Source: an uncultured delta proteobacterium
GTDB taxonomy: Bacteria; Desulfobacterota; RBG-13-43-22
Assembly (NCBI GenBank): GCA_963843145.1
Contig: CAWJJC010000020.1
Span: 480,001-544,000, forward strand
Length of the DNA: 64,000 nucleotides
Direction of reading: 5' to 3'
Shown here: piece by piece, positions 18,484 to 31,282 of the stretch
How positions within the stretch are numbered: position 1 is the first letter of the stretch
How the letters are laid out: each line of letters opens with the position of its first letter
Notes under the pieces: model-generated
Databases searched by the model: none
What the model saw: the letters and a program-made list of their open reading frames with translations, nothing else
What the model was told of the DNA's origin: nothing
Made by a program: the position numbers and the translations under genes

Positions 18484-21468
18484 TTACAAGACTTCCTCTT
18501 CCTCTCCCGCCGCATCATCCCAGACGGCCCGGCCGTCAAATCCCAATTTTTCGCGGATCCTCCGGCGGACAGGTTTGACCGGCGCCCCGGTCAGCAAGGC
18601 CTGGGGAAGCTGCCCGAAGACCGAAGACAACGACAATATCTTCTTGGAGGAAACCCCTTGAGGCTCCCATTCTTCCCCGGTCAGGACGTTCCGCCAGCGT
18701 CTCGGTCCGCCCTTCGGGAGAACCAGCGCATTCCCTCCCCAGCAGGATTCCCCCAGGGGCAGCCGATCCGGTCCCGAAATTTCCGAAAAAAAACGGCCAG
18801 CCACCGTTATGGTCCAGTCATCTCCCAGAACCCTGGCGAAAGCCGCCACCCGGTCCCGGTGAACCCCCTGTACGGCCAGCGGCAGGTAAGCCCCCGACTG
18901 AAAAAGTTTGGCTTGCGCCCGTCGAAAGCGGAGGGTTTTGGCGGTAATAAACATTTTGATCAACCCGTCTGGCCATTGGTGAAGCAGTTTGCCGGCCAAT
19001 TCCGGTTCACCCCGGGAATCCCGCGCCAGCAGTCGACGAAGGGCGGACCGCCGCAGCTTGAAATCCACCGGCCGCCGGTTATCGGGGTCCACCAGACTGA
19101 AGTCCCAGAGTTCCGTCCCCTGGTAAAAATCGGGGACTCCCGGGGAGGTGGACTTGAGCAGCACCTGGGAGAGGGAATTCAGGGCGCCCCAGAAAGCCAG
19201 CCGCGCTTGCCATTGGAGAAGATCATCCAGAAAGGGGGAGTCCCTGGTATCATCCAAGATGGCCCTTAAAAAAGACACCAGCGCCTGTTCATATTCCAGA
19301 TGAGGGGCAATCCAGCGGGTATGGACCTTGGCCTCCCGGGCGGCCTTTACCAGGTAGGTCTCCAGACGGGTTCGACATTCCGGAACCTCTCGGGGCAGCA
19401 AGGGCCAGACCCCCAGCAGGGTCTGGTAGATAAAAATCTCTTCATTGGGTCCGGGGACCGGCAGACCCCGGATCGACATCTTGATTCCGGCATTCCATTC
19501 GGTCCACTGATTCAGACGCTTTTCCCATTCTTCGGGGATTTCCGAAAGTACCTGAAGCCGTGCCCTGACGTCTTCGCTTCGTTTAGTATCGTGGGTGGAA
19601 GTGGCATTCAAGGTAAATGGACAGGACTGTTGACGCTCCCGGTTGAAACGATGGAAATCATCCAGCCTTTCCGCCTGCGGCCCGCCTCCCACCTCGTTCA
19701 GGGAGAGCAGCGGGTGATAGACATACAGGGCGGTATCTTCCAGCCCTTTGGCCATGATCGGACCGGTGAACTGCTGCCAGCGCATCAGGAAGGAAAGCCA
19801 GGTTTGCCGGCGTTCCTCCCCGACCCCATCCGGATTGTCCAGCGACATAATCCTTTCCAGGAAATCCAGGCCTTTCGCATCCAGGTCCGGAAGACGGCGG
19901 ACCCTCTTAAGCAATTCGGTCAGGATGTGACGGTCGAAAGGGGAAATCTGAAAGTCACGAAGGTACGTCCGATAGACCGGGAGACGGGCGACGCTCTCCT
20001 CCAGGACTTTCAACAAGGCCTTCCGGGATACGTCCCGGGCCTGCCGGTCCCCGTCGGCCAATTGGACCAGCAGATTGGTCAGCGATTCCACCTCCCCGCC
20101 GAACAGGGAACGCAGGATCAGTTTTTTCTTTTCGGCCACGATTTCCTGAAAATCCCGCCGCTCTCCGCTGAAACGGCGGTATATCGATTTCAATTTGGCG
20201 AGACCATCCGGGTGGACCAGGAGGCCGTTCAGTTTCCCCAGAAAATCGTAACCGGAGGTCCCGGCCACCGGCCAGGTCCCGGGCACCCGTTCCTCCCCCA
20301 TCAGGATATTTTCCACCAGGATATAAAAGTCTTTTAATCCCTCACCCTGGCCGGTCAATTGGCGGATTCGTTGCTGCAAGCGCTGTAGATAGCCCTCGGG
20401 ATCATACAACCCGTCTATATGATCGATGCGCAGTCCCGTGATTTTCCCTCCCTCGATCAGGGGCCAGAGGCCGGCATGGGCCGCCTCGAAGACCGCCGGA
20501 TCTTCCACCCGGATTCCGATGAGGTCATTGATGCTGAAAAATCGCCGGTAATTGATCATCTCCAGGGCCACCAGCCAGCAAGCCAGGCGGTAGGGTTGTT
20601 CCCGCAGGAGTCCTTCGAGGAGGTCGAAGCTGGGGGCGTCTCCCGGAATCCCGTTGAACTGACGAAGGTTCTCCTCCAGAAACGCTCGAATTTCCGGAAA
20701 CCCCTGTACCAAGTTCCAGAGCCCCTTTTTAAGGCCCTCGATCTGATGCTGGCGCGCCCGCAGTTTATTCCGCTGGGAGGATTGATAACCGGGCAGTTCT
20801 TTAATCAGGGCGATCAAACCTCGGAGAGCCAAAACGGCGGGATGGCTTTCTCCGGTTGTATGCTCCAGATCCGACAGCCGGTGGGTCAAAATCTGCAGCC
20901 AGGATCGGGGTTCCACCGGAAACTGGTGTTCGTAATAGCGGATGAAAAAACCCCTGGGATCCAGGTCCAGGGAAATCTCCCGACCTTCCAGAACCTGCCC
21001 GTAAGGGGCCCCCAGCACCGGGATCAGCACTTTGCCCTGCATCAGCCCCTGAGGAGGATACCAGTCGATATCAAAAAAGACCGCGTAAGGCGATCCCGGA
21101 CCGCTTTCCAGGACATTCCACCACCAGGGGTTATCCTGGCTCAAGGCCAGGTGATTGGGGACTACGTCCAGGAGCAGCCCCATCCCCCTGGAACTCAGGG
21201 CCTTAGTCAGGGCCTCGAAAGACCGCCGCCCCCCGAGTTCCGGGTTAATCTCCTGGGGGTTGGTCACCGAGTACCCGTGCAGACTTCCCTGGCGCGCTTT
21301 AAACAAAGGCGACGCGTAGAGGTCGGAGATGCCCAGGGCCTCCAGATAGGGCACCAGGTCCCGGGCCTCCGCCAGGGTCCAATCCGGATGGAACTGGACC
21401 CGGTAGGTAGCCGTGGGGATCCTATTCAGCGCGGTAGAATTTTTCAGGGGCAACGACACGGCGGTCAA
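18484..21468 (-). CDS. treY: Malto-oligosyltrehalose synthase
   Basis: PTATYRVQ, HGYSV, DVVPNH, INYRRFF, RIDHIDGL, TSTHDTKRSEDVRAR, PGVPDFYQG. Confidence 0.95.
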   Translation of the reverse strand: MTAVSLPLKNSTALNRIPTATYRVQFHPDWTLAEARDLVPYLEALGISDLYASPLFKARQGSLHGYSVTNPQEINPELGGRRSFEALTKALSSRGMGLLLDVVPNHLALSQDNPWWWNVLESGPGSPYAVFFDIDWYPPQGLMQGKVLIPVLGAPYGQVLEGREISLDLDPRGFFIRYYEHQFPVEPRSWLQILTHRLSDLEHTTGESHPAVLALRGLIALIKELPGYQSSQRNKLRARQHQIEGLKKGLWNLVQGFPEIRAFLEENLRQFNGIPGDAPSFDLLEGLLREQPYRLACWLVALEMINYRRFFSINDLIGIRVEDPAVFEAAHAGLWPLIEGGKITGLRIDHIDGLYDPEGYLQRLQQRIRQLTGQGEGLKDFYILVENILMGEERVPGTWPVAGTSGYDFLGKLNGLLVHPDGLAKLKSIYRRFSGERRDFQEIVAEKKKLILRSLFGGEVESLTNLLVQLADGDRQARDVSRKALLKVLEESVARLPVYRTYLRDFQISPFDRHILTELLKRVRRLPDLDAKGLDFLERIMSLDNPDGVGEERRQTWLSFLMRWQQFTGPIMAKGLEDTALYVYHPLLSLNEVGGGPQAERLDDFHRFNRERQQSCPFTLNATSTHDTKRSEDVRARLQVLSEIPEEWEKRLNQWTEWNAGIKMSIRGLPVPGPNEEIFIYQTLLGVWPLLPREVPECRTRLETYLVKAAREAKVHTRWIAPHLEYEQALVSFLRAILDDTRDSPFLDDLLQWQARLAFWGALNSLSQVLLKSTSPGVPDFYQGTELWDFSLVDPDNRRPVDFKLRRSALRRLLARDSRGEPELAGKLLHQWPDGLIKMFITAKTLRFRRAQAKLFQSGAYLPLAVQGVHRDRVAAFARVLGDDWTITVAGRFFSEISGPDRLPLGESCWGGNALVLPKGGPRRWRNVLTGEEWEPQGVSSKKILSLSSVFGQLPQALLTGAPVKPVRRRIREKLGFDGRAVWDDAAGEEEEVL

Positions 21469-23891
21469 TCCACTCGTACCGAAAGCTTATCCCCGATCCC
21501 CCGAAAAAACTTTACCCAGTTCCGGGCCTTCTTGCGGCCTTGATTGGCCTTCCAGCGCCATTCCGGGTAAACGGTATGCAGGGCTTCATAAAACAAATTT
21601 TGGACCTTCCAGAGTTGTATGGGAAAGGGGAGTCCCCGGGCCAGAGTAACGGCTTCATCGAGTCTGATCAGGCTTTGAAGCTGCCCGGGATTGGCCTGGA
21701 AGTCCCGGGCCAGCCGGATGATTTTTTGTCGCAGGGCATACTCCAGTCCGGTTTGATCCAGACTGATCTGTAACATCCGGGCCTCCTCGAGCTGGGCTTC
21801 AATGGCGTTCACATCCGGCTCCTCAGCATCAATGGCCGCCATTAAATTGGCGTTCAGGACCAGTTCGGCCGTCGCCCGGTAGGCATTCGGCAACGGCGCT
21901 CCCAAATTGACCAAAAACCGCATCAAGGGCCCGTGGTAGTTGTAGATCTGCCGGTAGCTGCCCCGGATTTCCTCCAGTGAGGATTCCATGATCTGGTTCA
22001 GGACCTTCCGCTGCTCATCTCGAAAAAGGGAGCGCAGGGAATAGGTGGATTCCCCGAAATGCCGGTCGATGCCCCGGATGGTTTCGGGAAAATCGGCTCT
22101 GGAAAAGGTCCCGGAAATTTCCCGGACCATCTCCTGGTAGGCTTCCTCTCCCTGGAAGCTCCGGACCCCCCCGGCGATATTGTGGTCACCGAAATGGAAA
22201 ACGGCGAAACTGATCCGGTCCTCATTGCGGGTGATTTCCGAGGTAATCCGGATCCGTCCCAGGCCCAACTTCGCCTTGCCCGCTTCCTGGAAATGAAAGT
22301 CTTCCTGGGCGACCGCATAGGCAAAGATGCGGTTTTGACTTTCATACACCTCAAAAAGGGAGCTGACGGCATAGTGGGCCCCCACCTCCAGCAGGTCCAG
22401 ACGGGCCGGCCGGACCAGGGTCTCATAAATCCGGCGGCCGTCCCGGTGCTCCGGCAAATTGCTTTTGGCCTGCTCGAGTCGCTCCAGAAAACGGCTCTCC
22501 ATATCTGTGCCGAGCACTCCATCGGCCAACTGCAGGACCCGGCCGGCATACTGGATCACCTGGACGGTTTCGAGGCCCGAGAGTTCATCAAAAAACCAGC
22601 CGCAACTGGTGTACATCAGCAGAGCGTAACGCTGCATTTCCAGGAGCCGCAGCAGGTCGACCGTCTCTTCCGGGTTCAGCGGGCGAAGGCTCTGCCGGTT
22701 GATAAAGGCTTGGACGTTTTCCGGAGTACGGTCCAGGATGACCCGGATATAGTCATCCCGGGCGCCCCAGGGATCTTTCAGATAGGTCCCGGCTTTTTCC
22801 TCGTAAGACGGCACCAGAGCCTCCCGGAGCCAGTCCAGGGCATCGCGCAGTGGCGTCCGCCAGGCCTGGTTCCAGCCCGGGTGCATCCCGCTGTTGCAAC
22901 CGCAATCCCGCCACCAGCGCTCCACGCCGTGAATGCAGCTCCAGGAAGAGTTCTCAAATATTTCCACTTCCTGGGTGGCAGGATGTCTTTCCAGATACTC
23001 TCCGTAATTGGTCAGAGTAGCCAGTCCCCGGGATTCGATAAATTCCAGGGCGTAAGCCAGGGCCATCTCCCCGTGGGCGTGGTGATGGCCGAAGGTTTCA
23101 CCGTCGGTGGCTATGTGGACCAGTTGGGGCCAGGAACGTCCTTCACTGAAGGCCCCCACCAGTCGGTGGGCCAGATTTTCTCCCTGTTCCAGCACCCCCT
23201 CGAAAGCCACCCCCCGGGAGATCGGCCCGTCATAAAAAAATAGGGTTATCGTTCTTCCCGAGGGCAAGCGCTGCAGATAAGGCCGGGTCGGGTCGATCCG
23301 TTCCCCGGAAACGTCCTCCCAATGCTTCCCGTCGGCCGGCCGGATGCGGGCCGCCTGGCGGGGAGCTAAAAGGGTAAAACGGATCCCCTCCTCAGCCAGG
23401 ATATCCAGGGTCTCCAGATCCGCTGCCGTTTCCGCCAGCCACATCCCCTCGGGATCCCGACCGAAGCGGTGCTGGAAATCCCGGATCCCCCAGCGCACCT
23501 GGGTCAGCTTATCCCGGCGATTGGCCAGCGGCAGGATCATGTGGTTATAGACCTGGGCCAGGGCCGAACCGTGCCCCGAAAAATGCTCCCGGCTGATCCG
23601 GTCGGCCAGGAGTACCGCGTTATAGATGTCTGGGTCTTTTTCGGCCATCCAGGCCAGGAGGGTCGGCCCGAAGTTAAAACTGATGCGGGAATAATTGTTG
23701 GGAATCTTAATGATCCGGCCTTCCCCGTCCAGGACGCGGGAGGCGGCATTGGGTGCATAACACTCGGCGCTGATCCGCTCGTTCCAGTCGTGGTAGGGAT
23801 AGGCGGAATCCTGCAGCTCGATATCCTCCAGCCAAGGATTTTCCCGGGGTGGTTGATAAAAATGCCCATGGATACAGATATAACGTTCCAT
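21465..23891 (-). CDS. GH57-like glycoside hydrolase with DUF3536 domain
   Basis: CIHGHFYQPPRENPW, GMWLAE, ATDGETFGHH, SSWSCIHGVERW, MYTSCGWFFD. Confidence 0.9.
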   Translation of the reverse strand: MERYICIHGHFYQPPRENPWLEDIELQDSAYPYHDWNERISAECYAPNAASRVLDGEGRIIKIPNNYSRISFNFGPTLLAWMAEKDPDIYNAVLLADRISREHFSGHGSALAQVYNHMILPLANRRDKLTQVRWGIRDFQHRFGRDPEGMWLAETAADLETLDILAEEGIRFTLLAPRQAARIRPADGKHWEDVSGERIDPTRPYLQRLPSGRTITLFFYDGPISRGVAFEGVLEQGENLAHRLVGAFSEGRSWPQLVHIATDGETFGHHHAHGEMALAYALEFIESRGLATLTNYGEYLERHPATQEVEIFENSSWSCIHGVERWWRDCGCNSGMHPGWNQAWRTPLRDALDWLREALVPSYEEKAGTYLKDPWGARDDYIRVILDRTPENVQAFINRQSLRPLNPEETVDLLRLLEMQRYALLMYTSCGWFFDELSGLETVQVIQYAGRVLQLADGVLGTDMESRFLERLEQAKSNLPEHRDGRRIYETLVRPARLDLLEVGAHYAVSSLFEVYESQNRIFAYAVAQEDFHFQEAGKAKLGLGRIRITSEITRNEDRISFAVFHFGDHNIAGGVRSFQGEEAYQEMVREISGTFSRADFPETIRGIDRHFGESTYSLRSLFRDEQRKVLNQIMESSLEEIRGSYRQIYNYHGPLMRFLVNLGAPLPNAYRATAELVLNANLMAAIDAEEPDVNAIEAQLEEARMLQISLDQTGLEYALRQKIIRLARDFQANPGQLQSLIRLDEAVTLARGLPFPIQLWKVQNLFYEALHTVYPEWRWKANQGRKKARNWVKFFRGIGDKLSVRVD

Positions 23892-25759
23892 TACAATAGA
23901 TGACCTTCTTGAAAATAGACTAGGCAGGAGTGGGGTGGGAGCGACAAGGACAGGGTACTCCCGCCGGAAAAACCATCCGGCGAAAAATCCCCCGGTCCCT
24001 TCCAGCGACTTTCGCCGGAAGACAGTATTTTATGCCATTTCCCGTACGGACTTGGCCAAGCCAGCATCCGCTCCTTTTCACCAAAATGTAGGATCACCAG
24101 TATTTCCTTCGCTTCCCGGCCATCCCGGAGAATGAGCACCCGTTCCTCCTCCAGTCCTGTTACCTCTTTGATACCCTGCTCCGGATTTCTCCGATCCAAT
24201 ATTTTTCGGCGGACCCGGATCAGCTCCCGGTAGAATTCCCAAAGGATCCGGTGATCACCCTTTTCCAATAAGTCGAACCGAATCCGGGAATTGAGGAAGG
24301 TCTCTTCCGCCTGGGGGTCGGGGGGTTCCCCCTCCCATTGGAAGCGGGAGAATTCCTCTCTCCGGCCCTGACGGACGGCCTGAATTAAGTCCGGATTCGA
24401 ATGGCTCACAAAATAGAGGAAGGGCGCCGGTTCTCCGTACTCCTCTCCCATGAACAGCAGGGGGATAAAGGGGGACAACATGACGGCGGAGGCGGCCAGT
24501 TTCTGCGCTTCAAAAGAGACCAGGCGGCTTAGGCGCTCCCCCCGCAGCCGGTTTCCCACTTGATCATGGTTCTGGGAAAAAACGAGCAGCCGTCGGGGAG
24601 GGAATTTCCGGGTTGAGGACCCGTGACGGTGTTTACGATATTTCGAATATTGACCGGAATAGACGAACCCTTCACGGTACCCTTTGGCCAGATCTTCCAA
24701 ACGTCCGTAATCCCGGTAATACCCTTGCTGCTCGCCGGTCAGCAGGGCATGGAGCGCGTGGTGGAAGTCATCGTTCCAATGAACGTCCAGGCCGTATCCG
24801 CCGGATTGCTCGGGGCGGAGAAATTTCGCATCATTCAGATCGCTTTCGGCCATCAAGTGGACCCGACGCCCCAGCCTTTCCCCGGTCCGGCGAACCGCAT
24901 CGGAAAGCTCGGCCAGGAAAGGCCGGGGAAAAATATCCAGGATGGCGTGCAGGGCGTCCAGTCGCAGGGCGTCAAGATGAAATTCCTTCAACCAGGTGAG
25001 GGCGTTCTCGATAAAATATCGTCGGACCTCGTCGCTGTAAGGGCCGTCAAAGTTGATGGCTTCTCCCCAGGGGGTCCGGTAGCGCTCGGTGAAATAGGGC
25101 CCGAAGTCCCTCAGATAATTGCCTTCCGGTCCCAGGTGGTTGTACACTACGTCCAGGACCACGGCTATACCCAGGCGATGGGCGGCATTGACCAGCCTTT
25201 TTAATCCCCCCGGTCCGCCATAGGAGTTTTGAACGGCGTAGGGGTAGACTCCGTCGTAGCCCCAATTGCGTACCCCGGGGAACTGGGCCACGGGCATAAG
25301 TTCCAGGGCCGTGATCCCCAAGGCCTTCAGTTTTTCCAGACGGGGGATGACGGCCTCAAAGGTTCCTTCCGGCGTAAAGGTACCGATATGCAGCTCGTAG
25401 AGGATATACTCCGGCAGGTCCAGACCTTTCCAGCCGGCATCTTCCCAGGGAAAAGCCGGATCGACTACTTGAGAAGGCCCGTCCACACCCCGGGGCTGAA
25501 AACGGGAGGCCGGGTCCGGCCGCTCCAGGTTTCCATCCAGTTGGATTTGATAGAGGGCTCCGGAGAAAACTTCTTCGGCGCTGCCTCTGAAATACCCCCA
25601 GGCTCCTTGGTCCAGGATCAGCCGGTCTTCGCGTGGGGCCAACAGGTGAATAGCCACCTGCTTCCGGAAAGGGGCCCAGACCTGGAACTGGCAGCGTCCC
25701 TCCCCCAGGTAGGTGGCCCCCAAAGACTCAAAGATCTTACCCGGCACATTTATGCCCAT
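23891..25759 (-). CDS. treZ: Malto-oligosyltrehalose trehalohydrolase
   Basis: YELHIGTFT, RNWGYDGV, DVVYNHLGPEGNY, LRLDALH, QNHDQVGNR. Confidence 0.95.
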   Translation of the reverse strand: MGINVPGKIFESLGATYLGEGRCQFQVWAPFRKQVAIHLLAPREDRLILDQGAWGYFRGSAEEVFSGALYQIQLDGNLERPDPASRFQPRGVDGPSQVVDPAFPWEDAGWKGLDLPEYILYELHIGTFTPEGTFEAVIPRLEKLKALGITALELMPVAQFPGVRNWGYDGVYPYAVQNSYGGPGGLKRLVNAAHRLGIAVVLDVVYNHLGPEGNYLRDFGPYFTERYRTPWGEAINFDGPYSDEVRRYFIENALTWLKEFHLDALRLDALHAILDIFPRPFLAELSDAVRRTGERLGRRVHLMAESDLNDAKFLRPEQSGGYGLDVHWNDDFHHALHALLTGEQQGYYRDYGRLEDLAKGYREGFVYSGQYSKYRKHRHGSSTRKFPPRRLLVFSQNHDQVGNRLRGERLSRLVSFEAQKLAASAVMLSPFIPLLFMGEEYGEPAPFLYFVSHSNPDLIQAVRQGRREEFSRFQWEGEPPDPQAEETFLNSRIRFDLLEKGDHRILWEFYRELIRVRRKILDRRNPEQGIKEVTGLEEERVLILRDGREAKEILVILHFGEKERMLAWPSPYGKWHKILSSGESRWKGPGDFSPDGFSGGSTLSLSLPPHSCLVYFQEGHLL

Positions 25760-25780
25760 AACCTTGAAGCTCCCCGGGTT

Positions 25781-25917
25781 AAATTCGAAACCCGAAATCC
25801 GAAACTCGAAACAAATTCAAATGACCAAATTTCGAAATTCAAAACGTTTTTGTTTCGGTCATTTGGATTTCGGACCTTTGTATTTGTTTCGGATTTCGTG
25901 TTTCGAATTTCGAGTTT
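25781..25917. repeat. Imperfect inverted-repeat element built from (GAAANNC) heptamers, copy 1
   Basis: AAATTCGAAACCCGAAATCCGAAACTCGAAACAAATTC... pairs with ...GTTTCGGATTTCGTGTTTCGAATTTCGAGTTT; lies between glgB and treZ. Confidence 0.8.
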
Positions 25918-25927
25918 TATAGAATTC

Positions 25928-27877
25928 CTAATCATTTGGTTTGAAGACACAAAGCGCCAGCGGAGGGAGAGTCAGGTTCAAAGAGTAGGGCCGTCCATGA
26001 AAAGGAATCGGAGCCGCCTCCATCCCGCCCATATTTCCCTGCCCGCTGCCGCCGAACTCCTTGGCGTCCCCGTTCAGGAGCTCCCGCCAATATCCCCCCC
26101 GGGGGACCCCGACCCGGTAGTTATATCGGGGAACCGGGGTGAAGTTAGCGGCTACCAGGACCACCTGACGGCCCTCCTCATCCCGGCGTAGAAACGTCAA
26201 GGCGCTATTGTCCGAGTCGTTGCAGTCGACCCACTCAAAGCCCTTAGAGGAAAATTCCTGACTGTGCAGGGCCGGCTCCTCTCGGTACACCCGATTCAAG
26301 GACTTCACCCATTGCTGCAGACCGGCATGAAGCGGATACTCCAACAGATGCCAGTCCAGACTCTCGTCGTGAGTCCATTCCCGCCACTGGCCGAATTCGA
26401 TCCCCATAAAGAGCAGTTTCTTTCCCGGCTGGGTGAACTGGTAGCCCAGCAGCAGCCGCAGGTTGGCGAACTTCTGCCAGTCATCTCCGGGCATCTTCCC
26501 CAGCAGGGAGCCCTTGCCGTGGACCACTTCGTCGTGCGACAGGGGAAGCATGAAATTTTCATTGAAGGCGTAGAGCAGCCGGAACGTCAATTGATTCTGA
26601 TGATACTTCCGGAAATAGGGGTCCCGGGCCATGTACTGCAGGGTATCGTGCATCCAGCCCATGTCCCACTTGAACCCGAATCCCAACCCACCCACATAGG
26701 TCGGCCGGGAGACCATGGGCCAATCCGTGGATTCCTCGGCAATCGTCTGGACCCCGGGAAATTCCTTATAGATGAATTCATTGAATTGCCGGAGAAGGGA
26801 AATGGCCTGCAAATTTTCCCGACCCCCGAATTCATTGGGGATCCACTCCCCCTCCCTGCGGGAATAGTCCAGGTAGAGCATGGAGGCCACGGCATCCACC
26901 CGGATTCCGTCGGCATGGAAGACATCCAGCCAGAACATGGCGCTGCTCATCAGGAAGCTGCGGACCTCGAGGCGGTTGTAGTTGAAGATGAAACTGTCCC
27001 AGTCGGGGTGATGCCCCTGCCGCCGGTCGGCATGCTCGAAGAGGTGGGTCCCGTCGAAGTAAGCCAGCCCGTACTCGTCGGTGGGGAAGTGGGAGGGGAC
27101 CCAGTCCAGAATGACGCCGATGCCGTTTTGATGGAGGTAGTCGATCAGGTACATCAGGTCCTGGGGCCTGCCGAAGCGGCTGGTCGGCGCAAAGTATCCG
27201 GTGCACTGATACCCCCAGGATCCGTAAAAGGGGTGTTCCATAACCGGCATGAACTCCACGTGGGTAAATCCCAGGGCCTTCACGTATTCGGTCAATTGGG
27301 GGGCGAGTTCCCGATAGGTTAAGAAACGATTGCTTTCCCCGGGAATCCTTCTCCAGGAACCCAGGTGCACTTCATACACGGAAATCGGCTGGGTCATGGG
27401 GTTCATCTGTTTCCGCCGTTCCAGCCATTCTCGATCTCCCCAATCGTACCAGAGGTCCCAGACCACGGAACCGGTTTTCGGCGGAATTTCGCAGTAAAAG
27501 GCGAAGGGGTCGGCCTTATCCACCCGGTAATCCTGTCCCCGGGAAGCAATGCGAAATTTATATAAATCGCCGTTTTTCACTTCCGGGAGAAATCCTTCCC
27601 AGATGCCGGAAACTCCATGGGGGTAAAGGTCCTGGGGGTTTTCCCCCCAGCGGTTGAAGTCACCGATGACCTGCACCCGTTCGGCATTCGGGGCCCAAAC
27701 GGCAAAATAGGTTCCCCGGGTTTCCCCGAGGGTCATGGAATGGGCGCCCAAATGTTCATAGAGGCGGTAATGATTTCCCTCGTTGAACAGATACACGTCC
27801 TCTTCCTTCAAGAGGCTGGCTTGATACTCGACCTGGGCCTTGGGTCCGCCGGAAGTGTCGACAATTTCATTGGACAT
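25928..27877 (-). CDS. glgB: 1,4-alpha-glucan branching enzyme
   Basis: VWAPNA, YEVHLGSW, SWGYQ, DWVPSHFP, RVDAVASMLY, AEEST, LSHDEVVHGK. Confidence 0.96.
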   Translation of the reverse strand: MSNEIVDTSGGPKAQVEYQASLLKEEDVYLFNEGNHYRLYEHLGAHSMTLGETRGTYFAVWAPNAERVQVIGDFNRWGENPQDLYPHGVSGIWEGFLPEVKNGDLYKFRIASRGQDYRVDKADPFAFYCEIPPKTGSVVWDLWYDWGDREWLERRKQMNPMTQPISVYEVHLGSWRRIPGESNRFLTYRELAPQLTEYVKALGFTHVEFMPVMEHPFYGSWGYQCTGYFAPTSRFGRPQDLMYLIDYLHQNGIGVILDWVPSHFPTDEYGLAYFDGTHLFEHADRRQGHHPDWDSFIFNYNRLEVRSFLMSSAMFWLDVFHADGIRVDAVASMLYLDYSRREGEWIPNEFGGRENLQAISLLRQFNEFIYKEFPGVQTIAEESTDWPMVSRPTYVGGLGFGFKWDMGWMHDTLQYMARDPYFRKYHQNQLTFRLLYAFNENFMLPLSHDEVVHGKGSLLGKMPGDDWQKFANLRLLLGYQFTQPGKKLLFMGIEFGQWREWTHDESLDWHLLEYPLHAGLQQWVKSLNRVYREEPALHSQEFSSKGFEWVDCNDSDNSALTFLRRDEEGRQVVLVAANFTPVPRYNYRVGVPRGGYWRELLNGDAKEFGGSGQGNMGGMEAAPIPFHGRPYSLNLTLPPLALCVFKPND

Positions 27878-27910
27878 GGTCTTGGGCTCCTTTATTCATT
27901 GGCTGGTATT

Positions 27911-31270
<3,360 letters not shown>

Positions 31271-31282
31271 TGGGCTGATCCT